Source of the DNA: an uncultured bacterium
GTDB taxonomy: Bacteria; Armatimonadota; Fervidibacteria; Fervidibacterales; Fervidibacteraceae
Direction: 5' to 3'
Assembly (NCBI GenBank): GCA_964466785.1
Contig: CAYXOD010000014.1
Span: 24,003-88,002 of the forward strand
Length of the DNA stretch: 64,000 nucleotides
Positions 26,691 through 34,506 of this stretch are shown here, piece by piece (the first letter of the stretch is position 1; each line of letters begins with the position of its first letter). Made by a program: the position numbers and the translations under genes. The notes below the pieces were generated by a model. It was not told where the DNA came from and did not search any database. It saw nothing but the letters and a program-made list of their open reading frames with translations.

Positions 26691-28604
26691 ATGGGGAACT
26701 TGGCACTGAGAAAGTTGGTTCAGATCACTTTAGCATGGTGTAAACGGGAGAAGCGAAACTTCAGTTCGGTTTCCCATTTTGCACTCATCTTTGCAGGGTT
26801 GACAATTATCTCAGTTGCGACACCTTATGTTGACCTCGTGCTTGGAAGCAGATTGACAGGTGCACACCTATCAAGCGCTGCTTTGACTTTGTTACTCATC
26901 GCAATTTTTGTCCGTGCTTTTTTGGCTCGTTGGGGATTCATTTGGTCGTGGAAGAATTTGCTTTTGGCATATAGCGTTTGGCATTTTTGCTCCTCTCTTC
27001 CGTCAAGTGGGTTCGTTGGGTTTCTTTTCCCGATGATTGCTGTCTTTCGCTATTTCTCAAGTCCTGCCAACCAATGGGAACAATTGTTCGGTTCGTTCGT
27101 CCCTTCTTGGTTCGCTTTGACCGATGAGGGAGCAGCCCGTGCTTTCTATCACGGCGTCCCATCGCCATCTCCAATACAGTGGCAACCTTGGTTCACCCCA
27201 ATTGCCTTTTGGTTGTTGTTCGCAACAGTCTACTTTGTTAGCATTTTCTTTCTCGCCCTCTGGCTTCACCGTCGTTGGATCGTTGACGAAAAACTCGCTT
27301 TCCCGACAGTGCAAATTGTTCAGGCTGTATTGCAAAACTCATTGACAACTCGGTTATTGTCGTTTTGGGTTGGTGTGTCTTTGCCCCTCGTCATCCATTC
27401 GTTCAACAGCGCATCTCGTCATTTACCTTATCTGCCTTCAGTGCCATTGCAATTTTCTTGGGGTCAAGTTTTCACCGATTTCCCTTTCGACATTTGGCAA
27501 GGCGAACGAACTGCCTTCAGTTTCGCCTTGACAGGAATTGGTTACCTCATCCCGTCGGAAATTTCGCTGAGTTTTTGGGGCTTCTACTGGGTTCACTTGT
27601 TCATTCGGCTTTGGCTTCGTTGGCGCGGTGTCCCACCAGGTGTGGGGACAGGCGGAATTACCACTTTGCAAAGGGCTCAAGAAGCTGGCGGATTCATCGT
27701 TTTAGCGTGTGCTTTATTGCTCCCACCATTGAAGCGTTCAGGAAACTTGACTGAAAAGTTGGGCTTGCTTGGATGGTTGGGATGCACGTCAACATTGATC
27801 ACTTTGCTTTGGCTTTCGGAGATGAAAGTAATCAACGCTGTCTTTTTCTTCTTCGTATGGACCGCTGTTCACTTAGTCCTCACAAGAGTTGTCAATGGTG
27901 GTGGCGTCATGAGGGTTGAGTGTTCATTTACGCCTTGGGACATTGTCGCTCGCACTTTGGGGGTTCACAGGGCCGGTTGGCGTGACCTGACAATTATGGC
28001 TTTCCCGCAGCAAATGTTCATGTTTGACCAAGTGACAATCCCGTTACCCTACCTCATGGACGGGTTCAAACTTGCGAAAGAGGCAAATTTTTCTGTCAAC
28101 AAATTCGCAGCCGCACTCAGTTTAGGCTATCTCACCACTCTTACCGTTTCTGTCCCATTTACCTTTTGGCTCTGTCACCGTTGGGGCGCTTTGAATTTAA
28201 ATGGATGGTTCACAGTTCAAGAACCGTCTTGGGCATTCCAGAAACTTCAAAGTTGGATGGCAGCGCCTTTCGGAACCGATTTGCCTTTCGTGAAAAATAT
28301 GTTGCTTGGTGGACTCGTGATGGCTGGTTTGACTTTTGTGCACCGACAAGTTCTATGGTGGAACTTTTCGCCCCTGGGGTTCGTCATGAGCAGCACGGCG
28401 ACGATGAGAAGTCAGTGGTTCTCGCTTTTTGTTGGTTGGTTCGTCCGCACAGTCATTTTGAGATTGAAGGGTTTGCAAGGTTATCAAAGTTTGCGACCTT
28501 TTTTCATTGGGTTCGTTTGGGGTGAATTGATTGCAAACGCTCTATGGGTCGGGATTGACACTTTATTGGGCGGCAGGAATTTGACTATTTTCCCACCAGA
28601 TTAG
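26691..28604 (+). CDS. Large polytopic membrane protein of unknown function (paralogue A)
   Basis: 637 aa with many TM helices. It is clearly homologous to the disrupted gene at 34507..36503, for example NFSPLGFVMS...FSLFVGWF...RPFFIGFVWGE versus NFPLHPAGFVVS...VSLFVAWL...TPFFMGLVIGD. The family is not recognised with certainty. Confidence 0.75.
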   Translation: MGNLALRKLVQITLAWCKREKRNFSSVSHFALIFAGLTIISVATPYVDLVLGSRLTGAHLSSAALTLLLIAIFVRAFLARWGFIWSWKNLLLAYSVWHFCSSLPSSGFVGFLFPMIAVFRYFSSPANQWEQLFGSFVPSWFALTDEGAARAFYHGVPSPSPIQWQPWFTPIAFWLLFATVYFVSIFFLALWLHRRWIVDEKLAFPTVQIVQAVLQNSLTTRLLSFWVGVSLPLVIHSFNSASRHLPYLPSVPLQFSWGQVFTDFPFDIWQGERTAFSFALTGIGYLIPSEISLSFWGFYWVHLFIRLWLRWRGVPPGVGTGGITTLQRAQEAGGFIVLACALLLPPLKRSGNLTEKLGLLGWLGCTSTLITLLWLSEMKVINAVFFFFVWTAVHLVLTRVVNGGGVMRVECSFTPWDIVARTLGVHRAGWRDLTIMAFPQQMFMFDQVTIPLPYLMDGFKLAKEANFSVNKFAAALSLGYLTTLTVSVPFTFWLCHRWGALNLNGWFTVQEPSWAFQKLQSWMAAPFGTDLPFVKNMLLGGLVMAGLTFVHRQVLWWNFSPLGFVMSSTATMRSQWFSLFVGWFVRTVILRLKGLQGYQSLRPFFIGFVWGELIANALWVGIDTLLGGRNLTIFPPD

Positions 28605-28729
28605 TCCGCTCCCCCAAAAGGTGCGGAACGAAGCAAAGCATCATAAAATTTTGTGAGGAAGCCAATTTGTCCGTCCATTTTGCAGACGCTTTAAAGTTCG
28701 CCGCAAGCGCGAAAGGAAGGTGATAAGGA

Positions 28730-29605
28730 GTGCGCAAAGTTATCACGAGGCGAGATTTGCTCAAAGCAGCATTGGGAGGGATTACGACGCTCGGTGCTGT
28801 GGAAATTGCGGAAGGTCAGCAAAAAGGGAAGCGCTCAAAAGTTGTCCTCGTTCGTCATCCCGATGTCCTTGACAAAAGTGGTCGCATCAACTCGAAGGTT
28901 TTGCAACAAATGCTTGACGACGCAGTTACCAATCTCGTCGGCGTCAAAGACCCAGTTGAAGCGTGGAAGCGTTTGGTGAAGCCTACCGATTTAGTCGGCA
29001 TCAAGACAAATGTCTGGGCTTTCTTACCAACTCCACGAGAAGTTGAAGAAGCAATTCAAAGCCGCCTAATTGATGCTGGAGTAAAACCCGAGAACATCCC
29101 CATTAACGACCGTCAGGCCCACACGGTTTTGGCAACATGCACTGCACTCATCAATGTCCGTCCAGTCCGAACTCACTGGTGGTCGGGGATTGGAGGTTGC
29201 ATCAAAAACTACATCATGTTCGTGACCAATCCGTCCAATTATCACACTGATGCTTGTTCGCCACTGGGTTCAATTTGGCATTTACCAACTGTCAAGGGAA
29301 AAACTCGGCTCAACATTTTGCTCGCTTTAACGCCTCTCTTTCACGGTCGCGGTCCACATCATTACGACCCGAGGTATGTTTGGCAATACAAAGGCATTTT
29401 CGTCGGTTTTGACCCCGTTGCTGTTGACGCGATGGGATTGAGGCTCATTCAGGCGAAACGGTTGCAATTCTTTGGCAAAGAAATTGCCTTGGAAACTCCA
29501 CCCAAGCACATCGTCGTCGCTGACAAGAAATACAAACTTGGCACAAGCGACCCAAAGCAAATTGAGTTCGTCAAATTGGGTTGGGCGGAAGATGCCTTGA
29601 TTTGA
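28730..29605 (+). CDS. TAT-signal secreted protein, DUF362-like
   Basis: The N-terminus TRRDLLKAALGGITTLGA is a twin-arginine pattern. KVVLVRHPDVLD...WKRLVKPTDLVGIKTN resembles the DUF362 core. GTG start with GGAAGGTGA upstream. Confidence 0.65.
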   Translation: MRKVITRRDLLKAALGGITTLGAVEIAEGQQKGKRSKVVLVRHPDVLDKSGRINSKVLQQMLDDAVTNLVGVKDPVEAWKRLVKPTDLVGIKTNVWAFLPTPREVEEAIQSRLIDAGVKPENIPINDRQAHTVLATCTALINVRPVRTHWWSGIGGCIKNYIMFVTNPSNYHTDACSPLGSIWHLPTVKGKTRLNILLALTPLFHGRGPHHYDPRYVWQYKGIFVGFDPVAVDAMGLRLIQAKRLQFFGKEIALETPPKHIVVADKKYKLGTSDPKQIEFVKLGWAEDALI

Positions 29606-29624
29606 CAGATTTGAGGTGATGGCA

Positions 29625-30695
29625 ATGAAGCGGCGTGAGTTTATGGAAACGATGGGAAAGGTGGTGTTTTGGATGTCAGTTGCGGGAGCAACAGAAGCGA
29701 CGCAAAGAAAACTACCTAACCCAACTCACCAGAAACTCCCACGATGGCGTGGGTTTAACCTGCTTGAGAAGTTCAATGTCGCAGCAAACCGAAGATTCGT
29801 TGAGCAGGATTTTGCGTGGATCGCTGAACTGGGTTTCAACTTCGTCCGTTTGCCGATGGACTACCGTTGCTGGATTGAATCTGGCGATTGGACAAAATTA
29901 CGTGAAGATGTGCTTAAGGAAATTGATGAGGCTGTCCAGTTCGGCGAGAAGTATGGTGTCCATGTCTGCATCAATTTCCACCGAGCACCCGGTTACACTG
30001 TTGCCAGACCACCTGAGCCCAAGTTGCTTTGGGAGGATGAGGAGGCGCAAAGGGTATGCGCAATGCATTGGGCTCACTTCGCCAAACGATACCAAGGCAT
30101 TCCCAACACCATTGTGAGTTTCAACTTGTTCAACGAACCCTCAAACATTGACCCACAAGTGCACCGTAAAGTTGTTGAACGCATGGTTGAAGCAATCCGA
30201 AAGCATGATAACGAACGGCTCATCATTTGCGACGGACGAGGTTGGGGCAACACTGCACCAACGGAACTTATTGGCTTGAATGTAGCCGCTGCAACGAGAG
30301 GTTATCAACCCTTTCGCTTAACTCACTACAAAGCCGAATGGGTTTCTGGCAGTGACAAATGGGCAGAACCAACTTACCCGCTCCAAGAAGGTAACACTGT
30401 CTGGGACATCAACCGACTGAAGGAATTTTACAAGCCTTGGAAGGAACTTGAGCAGAAAGGCGTGGGTGTGATGGTCGGAGAATTCGGAGCCTACAACAAA
30501 ACACCACACAAAGTCGTCCTTGCGTGGATGAGAGATTGCTTGACAGTCTGGAAAGAAATGGACTGGGGTTGGGCACTCTGGAACTTTAGGGGTTCGTTCG
30601 GAATCCTTGGCAGCGGTCGCACCGATGTAGCCTATGAGGATTGGCGAGGACACAAACTTGACAGAACAATGCTTGAGTTGCTGCAGAGTTTTTGA
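29625..30695 (+). CDS. Glycoside hydrolase family 5 (cellulase/mannanase type), secreted
   Basis: MKRREFMET...AGATEA signal, RGFNLLEKF, FNFVRLPMDY, FNLFNEPS (acid/base), and VMVGEFGA (nucleophile). GAGGTGA RBS lies 7 nt before ATG 29625. Confidence 0.85.
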   Translation: MKRREFMETMGKVVFWMSVAGATEATQRKLPNPTHQKLPRWRGFNLLEKFNVAANRRFVEQDFAWIAELGFNFVRLPMDYRCWIESGDWTKLREDVLKEIDEAVQFGEKYGVHVCINFHRAPGYTVARPPEPKLLWEDEEAQRVCAMHWAHFAKRYQGIPNTIVSFNLFNEPSNIDPQVHRKVVERMVEAIRKHDNERLIICDGRGWGNTAPTELIGLNVAAATRGYQPFRLTHYKAEWVSGSDKWAEPTYPLQEGNTVWDINRLKEFYKPWKELEQKGVGVMVGEFGAYNKTPHKVVLAWMRDCLTVWKEMDWGWALWNFRGSFGILGSGRTDVAYEDWRGHKLDRTMLELLQSF

Positions 30696-30730
30696 ATTAC
30701 TGCTTGCAACTTCTTTTCTTTTCATGGTTC

Positions 30731-30756
30731 TTCGGAAGGTGCGTCTCCTGACGCAC
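30731..30756 (+). repeat. Repeat family B copy (hairpin with TCTCCTGA centre)
   Basis: ttcggaaggtgcgtctcctgacgcac forms a perfect hairpin GTGCGTC-TCCT-GACGCAC. Related copies in reverse complement lie at 36817..36843, 39905..39933 and 47249..47277. Confidence 0.75.
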
Positions 30757-30772
30757 TAATGTCAACACCAAT

Positions 30773-30849
30773 TGTAGGAGGGGCTTTAGCACCGAATTTT
30801 TGTCTTTGTTATTCGTCGCATATTTTTCGCGACCAAAGTCGCTCCTACG
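30773..30849 (+). repeat. 78-bp TIR element (family A), copy 2
   Basis: It starts tgtaggaggggctttagcacc and ends gcgaccaaagtcgctcctac. It aligns along its whole length, at roughly 80% identity by eye, with the reverse complement of 39812..39889. Confidence 0.8.
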
Positions 30850-30877
30850 GTGAATTTTTGTTTTTCACGACGATTTC

Positions 30878-30907
30878 TTCGGCTGCTTAGGAGAGCAGCC
30901 TCCCGAA
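30878..30907 (-). repeat. Repeat family C copy (reverse orientation)
   Basis: The reverse complement ttcgggaggctgctctcctaagcagccgaa matches ttcggtcggagagcggctctcctgagccgccgg (36762..36794) and 47208..47242. Confidence 0.65.
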
Positions 30908-30980
30908 TGGTGGTTAACGACCTTCGGAGACAAGCCCCGACGCTAACAAAATCATTTGCGCCGAATTGTTTTTCACGCTG

Positions 30981-32327
30981 CTAAATCCAACCGCACCGCT
31001 TCAAAATTTCGTCAACATACTCAGGTAACAAACCGACCAAGTAAGCGTTGTCCAAAACTGTCCACCTGCGCCTGATTTCACGGGCGTGTAAAATCGCTTC
31101 CCGAATTTCGTCAACCGAAACACCAATATCATGCGGATGAGTGGCAGCACCAACGGTTTCAAGTCGCTGGTGGTGAATCGCTGGTGGTACCCAAGTTGAG
31201 GTGACGATTTCTTTGACCCGCTCCCAATTGTTCGCCAACTTCATCCTTGCCTCTTCTGCTCGTTCCCTTGACAACCACTTGGCAGAAAATTCCGTTAACA
31301 CCCTCTCGGCTAACGCACCATAGCGGAACGAGAATTCGTCTTTCCGCTTATCTGGTGGACAAGACTCCTCATCCGAAGGTTTCCAATCGCTGGGTTCAGT
31401 TTCAAGCAACATTTCGTAAATCGTGAGTGCAATTAGTGTCCCAATTCCGACTTGCAATCCATGCAATGCGGGTTCCTCGCCTCTGTTTACCGCTTTCATT
31501 TCCAACCAATGGGAAATCAAATGCTCAGCACCAGAGGAAGGGGTTGATGAGCCAGCAATGGTCATGCCAATTCCCGAAAGAAGCAAGGCTTCAAGTAAAC
31601 CAGCAACGGCTTTCGGTTCATTCTTCGCCAGTTCTGTCAAGCGCTTTTGAAGCCAATCATCGGCTTCAGCCACCAGTTTTCTCGGTAGCGGGCAATAGTG
31701 CTCGTCCCGAAGCAAGTTGGCGATTTGCCAATCAACATCTGCAACCGTTTTGGACATCAAATCTGCGTAACCTGCTGCAGTCATCTTTTTCGGAGCAGAC
31801 GCCACAATTTCAGGTTCTGTCAATATCCCCTCCGGTGGTTGGCAAGGTTGGGTCCGCTTGAAGCCTTGAATTAGGAGTGCAGAAATGGGTGAAGTGTAAC
31901 CGTTCATGCTCGCAGCAGTGGGGACAGCGATATATGGTGTTCTCGCCTGAGTTGCTGCCCACTTGACCAAATCGTTGATTGTCCCACTGCCGACAGCAAA
32001 GGCTATCATTGCGTCTTGTGACCATTGGCTGAGTATCCTGTTCGCTGCCTCGTCAGTTCCATGTAGTGGTAGCGGAAGAACTATCTTGCGAATTTTGCAT
32101 CCCGCTTCCCTCAAACTATCTGCAACCATTTCACCTGCAACCTCCCAAGTGATTTCGTCTGCGACAACTATTGCCTCTTGACTGCGGCTAAGTCTTTGTT
32201 GAAATTCGTGCAGTGCCCTGAAAGCATTTTCGGAAACTTTAACCCACTTTGTCGGCACAGAATGCTGCTTACCGCACTCCTCACATTGCCACTTTCGTCC
32301 GAGGAAGTTTTCAACCCGAGAAACCAC
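30981..32327 (-). CDS. Glycerol-1-phosphate dehydrogenase / glycerol dehydrogenase-like enzyme (COG0371, iron-ADH superfamily) with N-terminal Cys4-like ribbon
   Basis: AVGSGTINDLVKWAA, IAVPTAASMNGYTSP, GYADLMSK, SGAEHLISHWLE, and a C-terminal IRRRWTVLD fit the AraM/EgsA-type fold. The N-terminus carries WQCEECGKQH. Confidence 0.6.
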   Translation of the reverse strand: MVSRVENFLGRKWQCEECGKQHSVPTKWVKVSENAFRALHEFQQRLSRSQEAIVVADEITWEVAGEMVADSLREAGCKIRKIVLPLPLHGTDEAANRILSQWSQDAMIAFAVGSGTINDLVKWAATQARTPYIAVPTAASMNGYTSPISALLIQGFKRTQPCQPPEGILTEPEIVASAPKKMTAAGYADLMSKTVADVDWQIANLLRDEHYCPLPRKLVAEADDWLQKRLTELAKNEPKAVAGLLEALLLSGIGMTIAGSSTPSSGAEHLISHWLEMKAVNRGEEPALHGLQVGIGTLIALTIYEMLLETEPSDWKPSDEESCPPDKRKDEFSFRYGALAERVLTEFSAKWLSRERAEEARMKLANNWERVKEIVTSTWVPPAIHHQRLETVGAATHPHDIGVSVDEIREAILHAREIRRRWTVLDNAYLVGLLPEYVDEILKRCGWI

Positions 32328-32505
32328 GAAGCATCACCACCAAAGTTCAAATTCAAGTTATCAGCGCTGCAATCATAGCACACCTACTGCTTCCCCGGCT
32401 TGACAAACTCTCAAAAAAATGCCTTGTGACGACTATCACAAACTTAAGTCACAATTTGCGGCAAAATGCTTCTGTCAACTTGCCAAAGGGAGGTGCATCA
32501 AGGGG

Positions 32506-32907
32506 ATGCGACGTAAGGGTTCAGCATTGGTTGAATTTGCGTTAGTTGCACCTATCCTCGTCATGCTTGTTTTGCTGATGGTGCAGTACGGGATAATCAT
32601 GAACCGCATGTTGATTCTTTCTCATTCCGCCCGCGAAGCAGCGAGGTATGCTGCAGTTCACCCCGAGGATGATGAAGTCATTAAGGGCAAAGCGAGAGGG
32701 GCTATGAGAGGGAGAGGGCATCGCCCTGAAAGAATGAACATCGTCATTGAACCTGCACGAGGCTCCCCTGACCGAAAACCCGGACACCCCATTAAAGTCA
32801 AAGTGCAATACGACATGAGAGACGAAATGTTCCTCCCCACAGAAGTGTTCGGAATCCGAATCATTAACCCCATTGTCACAGTTGAAGCGACAGCAATGAT
32901 TGAATGA
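32506..32907 (+). CDS. TadE-like pilus assembly/pseudopilin protein
   Basis: MRRKGSALVEFALVAPILVMLVLLMVQYG is the canonical TadE N-terminus. GGGAGGTG RBS lies 9 nt before ATG 32506. The track start 32419 is unlikely. Confidence 0.8.
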   Translation: MRRKGSALVEFALVAPILVMLVLLMVQYGIIMNRMLILSHSAREAARYAAVHPEDDEVIKGKARGAMRGRGHRPERMNIVIEPARGSPDRKPGHPIKVKVQYDMRDEMFLPTEVFGIRIINPIVTVEATAMIE

Positions 32908-32923
32908 GGGAGGATTGAAAAGC

Positions 32924-34303
32924 ATGCCCGGAAAACGATGCAAAGGACAAGTTGTCGTTTACCTTGCGCTGTTCATGGTTGCTTTTTTGCTCGTTTGCGC
33001 TTTAGTGACAGACGTCGGTTTCCTTTACTACCGTCGCGCTCAGGCTCAAAAAGCGGCAGATTTATCAGCACTTGCTGGTGCTTCTCGCCTTCCTGATGAG
33101 ACTGCTGCTCGCATCGTTGCTTTGGAGTATGCTGCCCGTAACGGTTACCCTCATGGTGTCAATGGCGTTACAGTTGAGACGCAAGTTAATCCAGATGGAA
33201 ACCACCCTAACTGGTTTTTGGTTCGGGTCAGTCGTCCAGAACCTTTCTTTTTCGCCACGATCCTGAGGCTTTTTAATCGGAGAATCAGTGCTGCAGCGAT
33301 TGCCGAATACCAAAGCGCAGTTGGCATGGATGTTTACGGCATGGGTGAATACGGTGTGCTTGGTCCAGTCAACCTATCCGTTTTCGGACCTTATGCCTAC
33401 TACAGTTATGGTGATGCTTTTAGCACTCGTTGGCTTGACGATGGCTTGCCTAATCCCGGATACAACCCTGATGGCTACAATTTCGCTATCCTAATCCCGC
33501 CAGACTACGCAACCATCAATGGCACGAACATGGTCATGGTGGAAATCTTTGACCCTGACTGCTATAACAGCTCGGCTGGAGGTGGTGATCCAAGAAATGC
33601 CAATGGCACGACCCGTGTAGATGAAATTCGCCATGCCCCGCCTTTGCCCCATCCACAGCCATCTACTGTCTACACGACAACAGTCTACACGCTCTATTGG
33701 ACAAATGGAACGCCGAGAGATTTGTCCGACGATGTTCCAATCGCTCAAGTCAGTTACGGCTACAACAGCAGCACCGATATGAAATGGATCGCACCGCCTG
33801 GGTTCACTTTCAACCTTGCAACTTATGGTCCTGGCATGTATCGTTTGAATGTTCGGACAATTGAGGGTTCAAGCGAAAATGGTTTCCTTGTCCGTGCAGG
33901 TCCGCCACGAAGTGGGAACCAGCCATTCAACCGCAATAACGGCACAAAAATCATTGCGATTGGGAGAATACCTATTAACTTCAACACTTCCGGTGTTGTG
34001 GATATTCGGCTTGGATATGTTCCTGATTCCGCTGCAGGTGGGAAACTTTACATTGACAAATTTGACACCGATGTCGCTTCAGTTTCTGTGGTTTACAAAT
34101 GTGACACTTTGTCCGGTGCTTGGCCGGGAAAATTGGCAGGGAACGGACAGTGGGAAAGGGACGTTATTGACCTGCCAGAGAATTATCCTGGTGGAACTTG
34201 GACTGCTCGCTATCAGGCAGGCGTTCAAGACACTTCCGTCTGGATGATGTATTACAGCCGCATTGACGAAGGCATGCCAGGTTCAATCAGGCTTGTTGAG
34301 TGA
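32924..34303 (+). CDS. TadG-like (Tad_N / putative Flp pilus-assembly) protein with large C-terminal domain
   Basis: KGQVVVYLALFMVAFLLVCALVTDVGFLYYRRAQAQKAADLSALAGA is the TadG-type N-terminal pattern. GAGGGAGGA RBS. No family was recognised for the C-terminal ~380 aa. Confidence 0.7.
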   Translation: MPGKRCKGQVVVYLALFMVAFLLVCALVTDVGFLYYRRAQAQKAADLSALAGASRLPDETAARIVALEYAARNGYPHGVNGVTVETQVNPDGNHPNWFLVRVSRPEPFFFATILRLFNRRISAAAIAEYQSAVGMDVYGMGEYGVLGPVNLSVFGPYAYYSYGDAFSTRWLDDGLPNPGYNPDGYNFAILIPPDYATINGTNMVMVEIFDPDCYNSSAGGGDPRNANGTTRVDEIRHAPPLPHPQPSTVYTTTVYTLYWTNGTPRDLSDDVPIAQVSYGYNSSTDMKWIAPPGFTFNLATYGPGMYRLNVRTIEGSSENGFLVRAGPPRSGNQPFNRNNGTKIIAIGRIPINFNTSGVVDIRLGYVPDSAAGGKLYIDKFDTDVASVSVVYKCDTLSGAWPGKLAGNGQWERDVIDLPENYPGGTWTARYQAGVQDTSVWMMYYSRIDEGMPGSIRLVE

Positions 34304-34506
34304 TTTACCTTATCGCTTAGTGAACCTTTTTCCAAAAATCTTCCTCGGTCGTAAAAGAGCACGAGCTTCCAGAGAGCCGAAAAAACTTTGAGGGAGGGCA
34401 AACCTCTTAGTGAGACGAAAAATTTTCAGTCATGTGATGACATGAGCCTTCAGTGAACTGAAAGGTTTTTTCGGTCTTTTAAAGGTTTCAGTGGAGCCAT
34501 TTGCGC

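Noticed and set aside
32330-32505. Flp-type pilin gene upstream of TadE.
   Set aside because: No short ORF with the Flp G/xxxxEY-type motif or a hydrophobic N-terminus is present in any frame there.
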